Shown one piece after another: positions 17,372 to 25,560 of a stretch of DNA of 34,022 nucleotides (the stretch's first letter is position 1; each line of letters starts with the position of its first letter). A program made the position numbers and the translations under genes. The stretch comes from Alphaproteobacteria bacterium (GTDB taxonomy: Bacteria; Pseudomonadota; Alphaproteobacteria; MED-G09). The stretch lies in assembly GCA_018658685.1 (NCBI GenBank), contig JABHUT010000145.1, positions 1 through 34,022 of the forward strand, read 5' to 3'. The notes under the pieces are model-generated. The model did not search any database. It saw nothing but the letters and a program-made list of their open reading frames with translations, and was not told the origin of the DNA.

Positions 17372-18601
17372 ATGAAGGTTAAAATGTTAGATATTGATGA
17401 AGATACAAAGAAAGTTTTAGAGGGCTTTGAAAGAGAAAAAGCAAGAACAGGTCCTCCTGAAGGATTTCCAGGTTTTCCTGTTATTCCAGGAGAGCGTTAC
17501 ACAGATTCTGAGTTTCAAAAACTAGAAATTAAACATTTATGGCATAAATCTTGGGTTTATGCATGTCACTCTGACCAACTTCCTGAGAAAGGAAGTTATT
17601 TTGTTTGGGATAAACTAAAAGTTCCAATTGTAATAGTTAATTCAGGTGATGATAAAATTAAGGCTTACTATAATACGTGTCGTCATAGAGGTGCCCCTGT
17701 CGTTAATGATAAAAGTGGAAAGGCAAGACTTCTAGTTTGCACATATCATGGGTGGAGTTATGATCTTGATGGTAATCTTATAAACTTAAGGGATCCTAGA
17801 GATTTTGTTGATTTAGATAAATCTTGTCAAAGTTTGATTGAGGTATCTTGTGATCGACTTGGTAATTGGATATTTATAAATTTAGATCCTGATGCGGAAC
17901 CTTTAAAGGATTATTTAGGTATTCTCGGCGAGCATATGGAACAGTTCCAGCCGGATAAATTAAGACATGTTCACTCTAAGTCTTATCCAGTTAATAGCAA
18001 TGTAAAGGTACTTTTAGATGCATTTCTTGAGGTTTATCATGTGCCTTCAATTCATAAAAAAACGGTAAGTCGGTTTATTGATATAGAAGGTACATATATA
18101 AATTTATGGCCCAATGGCCATTCTAGGATGGTGACTCCTCATCGGGACCCTGACTGGAAAGATCCTGGGGCAATAGGATTAAAAGAGATAGAGACTGTTT
18201 CTGAAATACCAAAGCATCAAAATGCTTCGTATAGTTTTTTTCCTAATTTGGTCACTCCGCCAGCAGCAACTGGTATTCCATTTTTAACTTTTTGGCCTAC
18301 ATCTGATGATACTTGTGAAATTGATGTCCATTGGTTTTCGCCTGATTGGGGGGATGGCGATCTTCCAGAGGTATGGGAAAAAAGGATTGAGAATTTTGAG
18401 AATATTTTGTTTGAAGATACTCAGTTTGCACCCGATATTCAGGCTAGCGTTTCAAGCCCTGGATTTAAAGGTGTATTACTAAATTATCAAGAAAGAAGAA
18501 TTTATCATTGGCATGAAGAGCTTGATAAAAAAATTGGGCATAATAAGATGGATCAAGATTATAGTATCCCAAAAGTCCTAAGCCCGTTCATAGAAAAATA
18601 A
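17372..18601 (+). CDS. Rieske [2Fe-2S] non-heme-iron oxygenase, alpha (catalytic) subunit
   Basis: 409 aa. Rieske motif CRHRG-x15-CTYHGWSY (CxH-x17-CxxH). The mononuclear-iron region is NVKVLLDAFLEVYHVPSIHKKT. An alternative start at ATG 17384 has the better RBS (GAAGG, 5-nt spacing). Confidence 0.9.
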   Translation: MKVKMLDIDEDTKKVLEGFEREKARTGPPEGFPGFPVIPGERYTDSEFQKLEIKHLWHKSWVYACHSDQLPEKGSYFVWDKLKVPIVIVNSGDDKIKAYYNTCRHRGAPVVNDKSGKARLLVCTYHGWSYDLDGNLINLRDPRDFVDLDKSCQSLIEVSCDRLGNWIFINLDPDAEPLKDYLGILGEHMEQFQPDKLRHVHSKSYPVNSNVKVLLDAFLEVYHVPSIHKKTVSRFIDIEGTYINLWPNGHSRMVTPHRDPDWKDPGAIGLKEIETVSEIPKHQNASYSFFPNLVTPPAATGIPFLTFWPTSDDTCEIDVHWFSPDWGDGDLPEVWEKRIENFENILFEDTQFAPDIQASVSSPGFKGVLLNYQERRIYHWHEELDKKIGHNKMDQDYSIPKVLSPFIEK

Positions 18602-18622
18602 TTATTATAATAAGGATTAATT

Positions 18623-19495
18623 TTGACAGATTCAAAACAAAGATTTGGTTTATCTTATGATGAGCTAGCTACAAGAGAGACTGTCTATAAAGAAAATCTT
18701 CTTGATGGTCACTCTGTTTTAATAACAGGGGCTGGAAGCGGAATGGGAAAAGCAATGGCATTTCTTTTTGCTCGCCTTGGCGCAAAAGTGACTATCTGTG
18801 GCCGTAAAGAAGAAAAATTAATCAAAGTTTATGATGAAATTTTTAATCGGTGTGGAAAAAAAATTTTTTGGGAAGTTTCAAATGTTCGTGATCCAGATAA
18901 AGTAGAAGGGATGCTAGATGGTATTTTAGAACGTGATGGAAAAATTGATACAGTTATTAATAACGCTGGAGGACAATTTCCTCAAGATGCCATAGATTTT
19001 TCCCGAAAGGGGTGGCTTGCCGTTGTCGATCTTAATTTAAATGGACCTTGGTGGGTTATGCAAGAAGCAGCAAAGCGTTGGAAAAAATCTGGAACACATG
19101 GAAATATTATAAATTTAGTGGCTAATGTAGAAAGAGGCATGCCTCAAGCGGCTCATACTTGTGCCGCTAGGGCTGGAACAATTTATTTATCTAAAACTTT
19201 GGCAACAGAATGGGCACCTTATAAAATCAGAGTTAATTGTATTGCCCCTGGCACAATTGAAACTGAAGGATTTGAAGTTTATCCAGATAAAGCATTAGAG
19301 AGATTTCATAAAGCAAACCCAATGCAAAAATTAGGTGATGTTTGGGATATAGCAGAAGCATCTGTTTACTTAGCTTCTGATTCAGGAAGTTTTGTGACAG
19401 GAGAAATTTTAACAATTGATGGCGGTATGGCTCAATGGGGCGTTGTTTGGCCAGCAGGTATGCCTGATTATTTTAAAATGGATGGAGGAGATTAA
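18623..19495 (+). CDS. SDR of the PECR/DECR subgroup (trans-2-enoyl-CoA / 2,4-dienoyl-CoA reductase-like)
   Basis: TTG start 6 nt after AAGGA. Motifs are TGAGSGMG and NNAGGQFPQDAIDFSRKGWLAVVDLNLNG. In AHTCAARAGTIYLSKTLATEWAPYKIRVNCIAPGTI, AARAG replaces the classical YxxxK. Both blocks track my recollection of human PECR (NNGGGQF...[33 protein letters not shown]...[11 protein letters not shown]). Confidence 0.75.
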   Translation: MTDSKQRFGLSYDELATRETVYKENLLDGHSVLITGAGSGMGKAMAFLFARLGAKVTICGRKEEKLIKVYDEIFNRCGKKIFWEVSNVRDPDKVEGMLDGILERDGKIDTVINNAGGQFPQDAIDFSRKGWLAVVDLNLNGPWWVMQEAAKRWKKSGTHGNIINLVANVERGMPQAAHTCAARAGTIYLSKTLATEWAPYKIRVNCIAPGTIETEGFEVYPDKALERFHKANPMQKLGDVWDIAEASVYLASDSGSFVTGEILTIDGGMAQWGVVWPAGMPDYFKMDGGD

Positions 19496-20455
19496 TTGAA
19501 AGCTATTTATTATGAGAAGTATGGAAATATTTCTGTTTTAAAGCAAGGTGAAATTGATGATCCTAAAAAAGTATTAGATAAAGAAGTATTAATAAAAGTT
19601 AATTTTTTTTCCCTAAACCCTTTAGACTATAAGCTCCGTAACGGAATGTTGAAACTAATGACATTCCGAACGTTTCCAAGGACAACAGGCTCAGATTTTA
19701 GTGGTGAGATTGTAGCTAAAGGAGAGAGTGTTAATAATTTTGAGATAGGTGAAAAAGTTTTTGGTTTTTTATCACAATTGAATGAAGGAACTTCATCACA
19801 ATTTATTAAAGTTAATCAATCTATTCTATCTAAAGCGCCTACTAATATTGATATAGGAAAAGCAGCAGCTGTTCCATTGGCTGCATTAACTTCTTATCAG
19901 GCATTAGTTCAATTAGCTAAAATCAAAAAAGGAAATAAAGTCTTGATTAATGGTGCATCCGGAGGAACAGGTATTTTTGCTATTCAAATAGCAAAAATAT
20001 TTGGAGCTAAAGTTACATCCATAACAAGTCATAGAAATATTAATTGGATGTTAGATACATTCTTAGTAGATGAAGCCATTGATTATACTAAAGAAAATTC
20101 TCTAAATAATTTAAGGAAGAATGAATATGATATAATTTATGATTGTTATGGAAACTTATCATTTAATAAAATAAAAGACTTTTTAAAATCTGATGGATCA
20201 TTCATTACAACTGACCCTTTTCGATTAGAAAGTATAGCTGGAAGATTTTTTTCAATATTTTCTAATAGAAAATTTTTATCCGTTGTTGTTAAGTCAAATG
20301 GAATTGATTTAAGTATTGTAAGGGATTGGATAGAAGAAGAAAAAATAAAAGTTTTCATTGATAAAATTTTTAATTTTATAGACACTAGTAAGGCTTATGA
20401 ATATTTAGAAACTCAAAGAGTAAAAGGAAAAATTATTGTTCAAATAAACGAATAA
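19496..20455 (+). CDS. Zinc-independent MDR oxidoreductase (NADPH:quinone reductase / enoyl reductase-like)
   Basis: TTG start directly after the SDR stop, preceded by GGAGGAG. MKAIYYEKYG..., GSDFSGEIVAKG and NGASGGTGIFAIQIAKIFGAKV are present. No GHE zinc motif. Confidence 0.8.
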   Translation: MKAIYYEKYGNISVLKQGEIDDPKKVLDKEVLIKVNFFSLNPLDYKLRNGMLKLMTFRTFPRTTGSDFSGEIVAKGESVNNFEIGEKVFGFLSQLNEGTSSQFIKVNQSILSKAPTNIDIGKAAAVPLAALTSYQALVQLAKIKKGNKVLINGASGGTGIFAIQIAKIFGAKVTSITSHRNINWMLDTFLVDEAIDYTKENSLNNLRKNEYDIIYDCYGNLSFNKIKDFLKSDGSFITTDPFRLESIAGRFFSIFSNRKFLSVVVKSNGIDLSIVRDWIEEEKIKVFIDKIFNFIDTSKAYEYLETQRVKGKIIVQINE

Positions 20456-20472
20456 TTAAAAGGGAGAGGGAA

Positions 20473-21447
20473 GTGCAATTAAGTAAGGATAAATTATTAG
20501 ACGCATATACTAGAATGAAAAAGATTAGAGTCTTTGAAGAAACTATGCGTGATGAGTTTGCTAAGGGAACTGTTCCAGCATTTATACATCTTTATATAGG
20601 CCAGGAAGCAATAGCGACAGGTATATGTGTTGAGCTAAACGATACTGATACAATTTCTAGTACTCACAGAGGTCACGGACATTGTATCGCCAAGAAGTCA
20701 AACCTCGAAAAAATGACAATGGAAATTTTTTGTCGAGCTGATGGTTTATGTGAGGGTAAGGGCGGTTCTATGCATATTGCTGATCTCTCAGTTGGGATGC
20801 TTGGAGCAAATGCAATAGTTGGTGCTAATGCCCCTATTGCTGTTGGAGCAGCATTAAAACAAAGGGTTTTAGGTGAAAATTTAGTTTCCGCAGCATTTAT
20901 TGGTGACGGTGCTTCAAATCAAGGTGCTGTATTTGAATCAATGAATCTTGCTAGTGTATTAAAACTTCCTGTTTTATTTGTTTTTGAGAATAACGGTTAT
21001 GGTGAATTTACGGGAGTGGATTATCATTGTGGAGGAGGAGATATTGCAGGAAGAGCAAAAGGGTTTGGTATGCCATCTTATAAAGTAGATGGATCTGATT
21101 TTTTTGCTGTTCAAGAAGTTGCTGCCGAAGCTGCTGAGAGGGCAAGAAAAGGAGAAGGACCTAGTGCAATAGAATGTGTAGCAAAAAGATGGTATGGACA
21201 TTTTGAAGGTGATCCTCAGCACTATCGTACAAAAGAGGAACTTGAAACCATAAGAAGAGATTTTGATCCATTAAAAATTTTTCGTAAAAAAGTAGAAGAG
21301 GCGGGTCTTGTTGACAGTAAAGATTTAAATATGATTGATGAAGATCTTTCAAGCGAAGTTACAGCAGCAGTTGAAAAGGCAAAGAATAGCCCCTTACCTA
21401 ATGTTGAAGAGCTAACGACTAATGTATACGAAAAAGGGAGCTACTAA
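20473..21447 (+). CDS. Thiamine-diphosphate-dependent 2-oxoacid/acetoin dehydrogenase E1 component, alpha subunit
   Basis: GTG start after GGGAGAGGGA. 324 aa with TPP motif GDGASNQGAVFESMNLASVLKLPVLFVFENNGY (GDG-x26-NN) and HRGHGH upstream. Confidence 0.9.
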   Translation: MQLSKDKLLDAYTRMKKIRVFEETMRDEFAKGTVPAFIHLYIGQEAIATGICVELNDTDTISSTHRGHGHCIAKKSNLEKMTMEIFCRADGLCEGKGGSMHIADLSVGMLGANAIVGANAPIAVGAALKQRVLGENLVSAAFIGDGASNQGAVFESMNLASVLKLPVLFVFENNGYGEFTGVDYHCGGGDIAGRAKGFGMPSYKVDGSDFFAVQEVAAEAAERARKGEGPSAIECVAKRWYGHFEGDPQHYRTKEELETIRRDFDPLKIFRKKVEEAGLVDSKDLNMIDEDLSSEVTAAVEKAKNSPLPNVEELTTNVYEKGSY

Positions 21448-22460
21448 TGAGCATTAAAACTTATAGAGAGTCTATTATTGAGGCAATGATCCTCGAGATG
21501 AAACGTGATGAGAAAGTGTTTGTGATTGGTGAAGACATTTCAGGTGGAAGAGGTTGTGGTGATTTTGAGGGCGAAGCTGCTGGTGGCCCAATGGGTTTAA
21601 CTCAAGGTTTATGGGATGAATTTGGAGCAAAAAGAGTCATTGACACACCTATTAGTGAAACAGCAATTATGGGAGCGGCTGCAGGAGCAGCTCTTTCTGG
21701 TCTTAGGCCAATAGCAGAATTAATGTTTTCAGATTTTTTTGGTGTTTGTTTTGACCAAATTTATAATCAAGCAGCAAAGTTTCGTTTTATGTATGGTGAA
21801 CAAGGCGCAACCCCTCTCGTAATTAGAACGATGATAGGCGCAGGAATTGGTTGTGGTCCACAACACTCTCAATCACCTTATTCAATTTTTGCAAATATAC
21901 CTGGTTTAAAAGTAGTCACGCCTTCAAATCCTTATGATGCGAAAGGGCTTTTAATTTCTGCAATTCGAGACAATGATCCGGTCATGTTTTGTGAACATAA
22001 ATCCCTTCTTGGTATGGAAGGAGAGGTCCCTGATGATTCTTACGAGGTTCCTCTTGGAAAAGGGAAAATTATAAAAGAAGGTAATGATATTACCATTGTT
22101 GCTATTGGTCAGATGGTTGGAATTACTCAAGGATGTCTAACAAAATTAGAGGAAAAAGGTATTTCTGCAGAAATTATCGACCCTAGATCTCTATCGCCTT
22201 TTGATGAGGATATGGTTTATGATAGTGTTGAAAAAACTGGGAGACTTTTAGTGATTGATGAATCAAATCCAGTTTGTTCATTTGGATCTTGGATAACTAG
22301 TATGGTTAGTGATGAAGTATTTTCTTCTCTTAAAGCTCCTACAAGAGTTTTAACACCACCACATTGTCCTGTTCCCGCCGCACCTAACCTAGAGGCTGCT
22401 TATTTACCCGACATGGAAAGGATTGTTGAGGCAACAGATTATCTTACAAATTACAGCTAG
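21447..22460 (+). CDS. 2-oxoacid/acetoin dehydrogenase E1 component, beta subunit
   Basis: 337 aa. The ATG overlaps the alpha stop by 1 nt (TAATG). The pyrimidine-binding domain is VIDTPISETAIMGAAAGAALSGLRPIAELMFSDF, followed by a transketolase-C-like tail. Confidence 0.9.
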   Translation: MSIKTYRESIIEAMILEMKRDEKVFVIGEDISGGRGCGDFEGEAAGGPMGLTQGLWDEFGAKRVIDTPISETAIMGAAAGAALSGLRPIAELMFSDFFGVCFDQIYNQAAKFRFMYGEQGATPLVIRTMIGAGIGCGPQHSQSPYSIFANIPGLKVVTPSNPYDAKGLLISAIRDNDPVMFCEHKSLLGMEGEVPDDSYEVPLGKGKIIKEGNDITIVAIGQMVGITQGCLTKLEEKGISAEIIDPRSLSPFDEDMVYDSVEKTGRLLVIDESNPVCSFGSWITSMVSDEVFSSLKAPTRVLTPPHCPVPAAPNLEAAYLPDMERIVEATDYLTNYS

Positions 22461-24292
22461 TCTAATAACTCGAAATTTAATAAAACGTTACCAGCCATAT
22501 TACCACCATATTGGTAGCCAGAATTCATAAATAGATTACTGCCCGCTATAACCGGTCCAAGACCTTCAATGGTTCCGCCATATGCTTTAATATCCGTAAA
22601 TTCTGAAAAATCAACATTCGTGTTAAATTCCCATAACAGCTTGCCTGAAGTATTATCCAAAATATACATCCATCCATCCATGCCAGCGGCAATTATTATA
22701 TCATTTGTAGAACTAAGAGCTGCTGAAATTCCTCTATCACAAGCACCACCAAGCCCTTCACATCTATCTTGAGGTTCAAATTTCCAGTTTAGTGATCCGG
22801 TTTTCGCATCCAGAGAGTAGACTCCGGGTGTAGCTGGACCAGGAAATTTATTAATATAGTTTTTATCAGAAATTCCCGCAAAAATACTCTTTCCATCCGT
22901 CGTCATACCCCAATGAACTCCACCAGCAAACCCACCTCTTCCTATTTTTTTTGACCATAAAAGCTTTCCATTTTGATCTGGATCTAAAGCATAAACATGT
23001 CCTGATTTCCTGCCTCCAAAGAGTATACTCTTGTCATCATCCAAGTCTATTAAGATTGTTGAGGCTCCAAAATCCCAATCTGGTCCATTTTCTTCAGGAC
23101 AACCTGATCCAGATGAAATAAAGCAACCCATATTCCATGCATCACCAGTCTGTGCTTGAAAAGACCAAACAATCCCACCTTTAGTTTTATCAATTGCTAA
23201 AATTGAATCACTCGTATCTGCTGCTGGTGATGTATATGATTCACCAGTCCCTACATAAATAAGATTCCTCTTATTATCCACTGTTGGAGAATTCCATACA
23301 GGAACCCCAGAAGGTGCTAAAATTTTCTTACCAGATTCATTATATTTTCCAGTATGTTTCGGAGGTACTGGTATAGAATAAGTTCTCCATAACTCATCTC
23401 CATTTTCAGCACTTAAAGCCATTACACCACCCCTAAAAGAACAACACTCATAATCTGGGTTTGCTCCATCAGCCCACTCTCGAGATGAAAGTGGAACATA
23501 AATGACGTTATCGTATACTCGAACTGATCCAGTTAGTATTACTCTTGGATGATATCTAAGAGATTTAGTCCAGAGGTTTTCTCCAGTAATTGCATCATGC
23601 TTATAAACATTTCCTTCATAATCGCCAGAGAAAACAAAATACTTTCCGTTTATTTTTTCTAATACTGGTGCAGATCTAATTTCGCCTTGAATTTTAGTTC
23701 TCCAGCGAACACAGCCATCATCTCTATCTAAAGCATAAAGATGTGAATTTTGATCGCCGATAAAGACTACATTACCAGAAACAGAAGGTTGAGACCTTGA
23801 TCTTGTGGCGCCCGGAAATGCAAAGACCCATTTTAATTTTAGTTTATCTAAATTTTGACTATCTATATTAGAGTTAGTATTTCTAGTATTTTCTCGATCA
23901 TAACCCCATTGAGTATATGAATTATTATTGAATTTTATAGTTGAATTTTTTTCACAATATTTTGGTTCAGGTAAATTTGTTGTTATAGGGCTTCCACTAA
24001 TATATTCTGCAAGCTTAACCTTTTCTTTATCTGTTAAGTGAGACGATTGAGATGACATTACACCATTTAAAGTTTCTAATATATAATCTGCTGACATGGC
24101 AGAGAATGTAGTCGCATGAGGTGCTCTTGGCGTACCCCCGCTATGACAACCCAAACAAGATTCATTAAAAATTTTTCCTGAAATCTTATCTGATCCGGTA
24201 AATAAACCCCCCTCATCTTCAACAGCTGTACTTGCATGCGTTGGGGATGAGTAGGTTGATATAAATAACAGTAAGAATAAAATTTTTTTCAT
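22457..24292 (-). CDS. Quinohemoprotein: N-terminal cytochrome c domain fused to PQQ-type beta-propeller dehydrogenase (polyvinyl-alcohol-dehydrogenase-like architecture)
   Basis: 611 aa with a signal peptide (MKKILFLLLFISTYSSPTHAS). The heme-c motif CLGCH is at residues 46-50 (nt 24143-24157), with a candidate distal Met in NGVMSS. The propeller opening is WGYDRENTRNTN...LKLKWVF. A vicinal Cys-Cys (YECCSF, nt 23441-23446) resembles PQQ alcohol dehydrogenases. Confidence 0.75.
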   Translation of the reverse strand: MKKILFLLLFISTYSSPTHASTAVEDEGGLFTGSDKISGKIFNESCLGCHSGGTPRAPHATTFSAMSADYILETLNGVMSSQSSHLTDKEKVKLAEYISGSPITTNLPEPKYCEKNSTIKFNNNSYTQWGYDRENTRNTNSNIDSQNLDKLKLKWVFAFPGATRSRSQPSVSGNVVFIGDQNSHLYALDRDDGCVRWRTKIQGEIRSAPVLEKINGKYFVFSGDYEGNVYKHDAITGENLWTKSLRYHPRVILTGSVRVYDNVIYVPLSSREWADGANPDYECCSFRGGVMALSAENGDELWRTYSIPVPPKHTGKYNESGKKILAPSGVPVWNSPTVDNKRNLIYVGTGESYTSPAADTSDSILAIDKTKGGIVWSFQAQTGDAWNMGCFISSGSGCPEENGPDWDFGASTILIDLDDDKSILFGGRKSGHVYALDPDQNGKLLWSKKIGRGGFAGGVHWGMTTDGKSIFAGISDKNYINKFPGPATPGVYSLDAKTGSLNWKFEPQDRCEGLGGACDRGISAALSSTNDIIIAAGMDGWMYILDNTSGKLLWEFNTNVDFSEFTDIKAYGGTIEGLGPVIAGSNLFMNSGYQYGGNMAGNVLLNFELLD

Positions 24293-24315
24293 TTACTAAT
24301 TCCTTAAATATATAA

Positions 24316-24966
24316 TTATTTCTTAATTCCAGCATATAAGATATCTACGTGATCAGAGGAATACTTACCAATATTTATAGTTCGATTAATCATAATTGTT
24401 CTTAAGCTTAAATGCTCTAGCCCTCCATAGAATTGACTTTCAAAGACAGGGAAATTTAGACTCTCTTTAACTTCACCAATCTCTATTGAATTCTCAATAA
24501 TATTTTTGAGTATTTTTGAATATCTTTTTTTAACTATATGGGCTTCAGAATCTTTATATTTTTCCCAACGCAATTCTTTAATAAAGAGTTTATGAATTTT
24601 TGGAGTTGCTTTCATCCCTTCAAGATATCTGATAGCTAAAAATAGTAGGCGAGAGTATAGGTCTGTTACTTCCTGGATATCTTTTTCAGTTTTTTCTATA
24701 AAAGGCTCAAACCATTCATTAACTATTTGATTAAGCAAATCTTGTTTATTATCAAAATATTTATAAATAGTTGCTTCAGATATTCCAGCTGCTTTAGAAA
24801 TTTTTACCATTGATAAATCATTGATTCCACCTTCTTCGAGAATTCTTTTTGACGCTTCAATTATTTCTTTTGGGCGAGAGCTTTTGCGACGTTTCCAAGC
24901 ATTTTGATGGCTTGATATAGCTTTAATATTAGATTCTGATAATTGATTTTTTACCGATCTTCCCAT
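24316..24966 (-). CDS. TetR/AcrR-family transcriptional regulator
   Basis: 216 aa. The N-terminal HTH is LSMVKISKAAGISEATIYKYFDNKQDLL, followed by a helical ligand-binding domain. A strong RBS (AAGGAAGG) precedes the ATG. It lies 23 nt upstream of the quinohemoprotein gene on the same strand. Confidence 0.85.
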   Translation of the reverse strand: MGRSVKNQLSESNIKAISSHQNAWKRRKSSRPKEIIEASKRILEEGGINDLSMVKISKAAGISEATIYKYFDNKQDLLNQIVNEWFEPFIEKTEKDIQEVTDLYSRLLFLAIRYLEGMKATPKIHKLFIKELRWEKYKDSEAHIVKKRYSKILKNIIENSIEIGEVKESLNFPVFESQFYGGLEHLSLRTIMINRTINIGKYSSDHVDILYAGIKK

Positions 24967-25062
24967 AAGACCTTCCTTATTAATGTATTATTTAATATTA
25001 ATCATTATATTATATATGTATAACATTTTTTGATAGTAATGATAGTTTGCAAAGGTAATTAG

Positions 25063-25560
25063 GTGGTTAAGGAAAATAAAAAAATATGGGAAGAATTAAT
25101 CTCAAAACCTAAAGGGCTTCCAAATGATATTTTTTCTGGACTTAGTTTTCCTGGCGGAACTTTTTTTATCGACACCAATACAAACTTATTAATTTATAAA
25201 TCAACAGGCATGATTGTTAATAAAAAAAATCTAAATAACTTTATACATGCTCACCCTATTTTTTTATTCACTTCTACATTAAGGGGTTCAGGTGCGTCCA
25301 TACAGGATATTTTTGATTTATTGGATTATGATGTAAATAATGGTCCGATGCTTGGCCAGTGTAATATGTCTTTCAAATCACCATTACAATTAGAACGAGA
25401 ATATAAGATTGATGGAAAAATTGTTTCACTAAAAGAAAAGATAAGCAAAAAACTCGGAAGGATTAAGATTTTAGATTTTACTTTATCAATGTTTGATAAT
25501 CATAATTCGAAAGTAGCTAGTGTTGATTATGTATGGATACTTCCGGAGAAGGAGGCATAA
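25063..25560 (+). CDS. Hot-dog fold protein resembling the non-catalytic N-terminal half of MaoC dehydratases (MaoC_dehydrat_N-like)
   Basis: 165 aa with a GTG start after AAAGG. AHPIFLFTSTLRG and MLGQCNMSFKSPLQLEREYKIDGKIVSLKEK...GRIKILDFTLSMFDNHNSKVASVDYVWIL match the hot-dog helix/sheet pattern. No D-x-N-P-x-H catalytic motif is present. Confidence 0.45.
   Translation: MVKENKKIWEELISKPKGLPNDIFSGLSFPGGTFFIDTNTNLLIYKSTGMIVNKKNLNNFIHAHPIFLFTSTLRGSGASIQDIFDLLDYDVNNGPMLGQCNMSFKSPLQLEREYKIDGKIVSLKEKISKKLGRIKILDFTLSMFDNHNSKVASVDYVWILPEKEA

Noticed and set aside
17372-18601. Calling the Rieske oxygenase KshA (3-ketosteroid 9-alpha-hydroxylase) and the region a steroid-degradation cluster
   Set aside because: The sequence does not resemble my recollection of KshA beyond the generic Rieske motifs. 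No KstD, KshB, HsaABCD-type meta-cleavage or steroid transporter genes are present. Only the side-chain-type logic is retained as a hypothesis.
20473-22460. Annotating E1 alpha/beta as housekeeping pyruvate or branched-chain 2-oxoacid dehydrogenase
   Set aside because: No E2/E3 is adjacent and the pair is embedded in a catabolic operon. The specific substrate cannot be assigned from sequence read by eye, so only the family is called.
24981-25007. TAATG ... CATTA inverted arms in the TetR spacer
   Set aside because: The arms are only 5 bp with a 17-nt gap. They are not concentric with the TTAATATTAA palindrome and are expected by chance.
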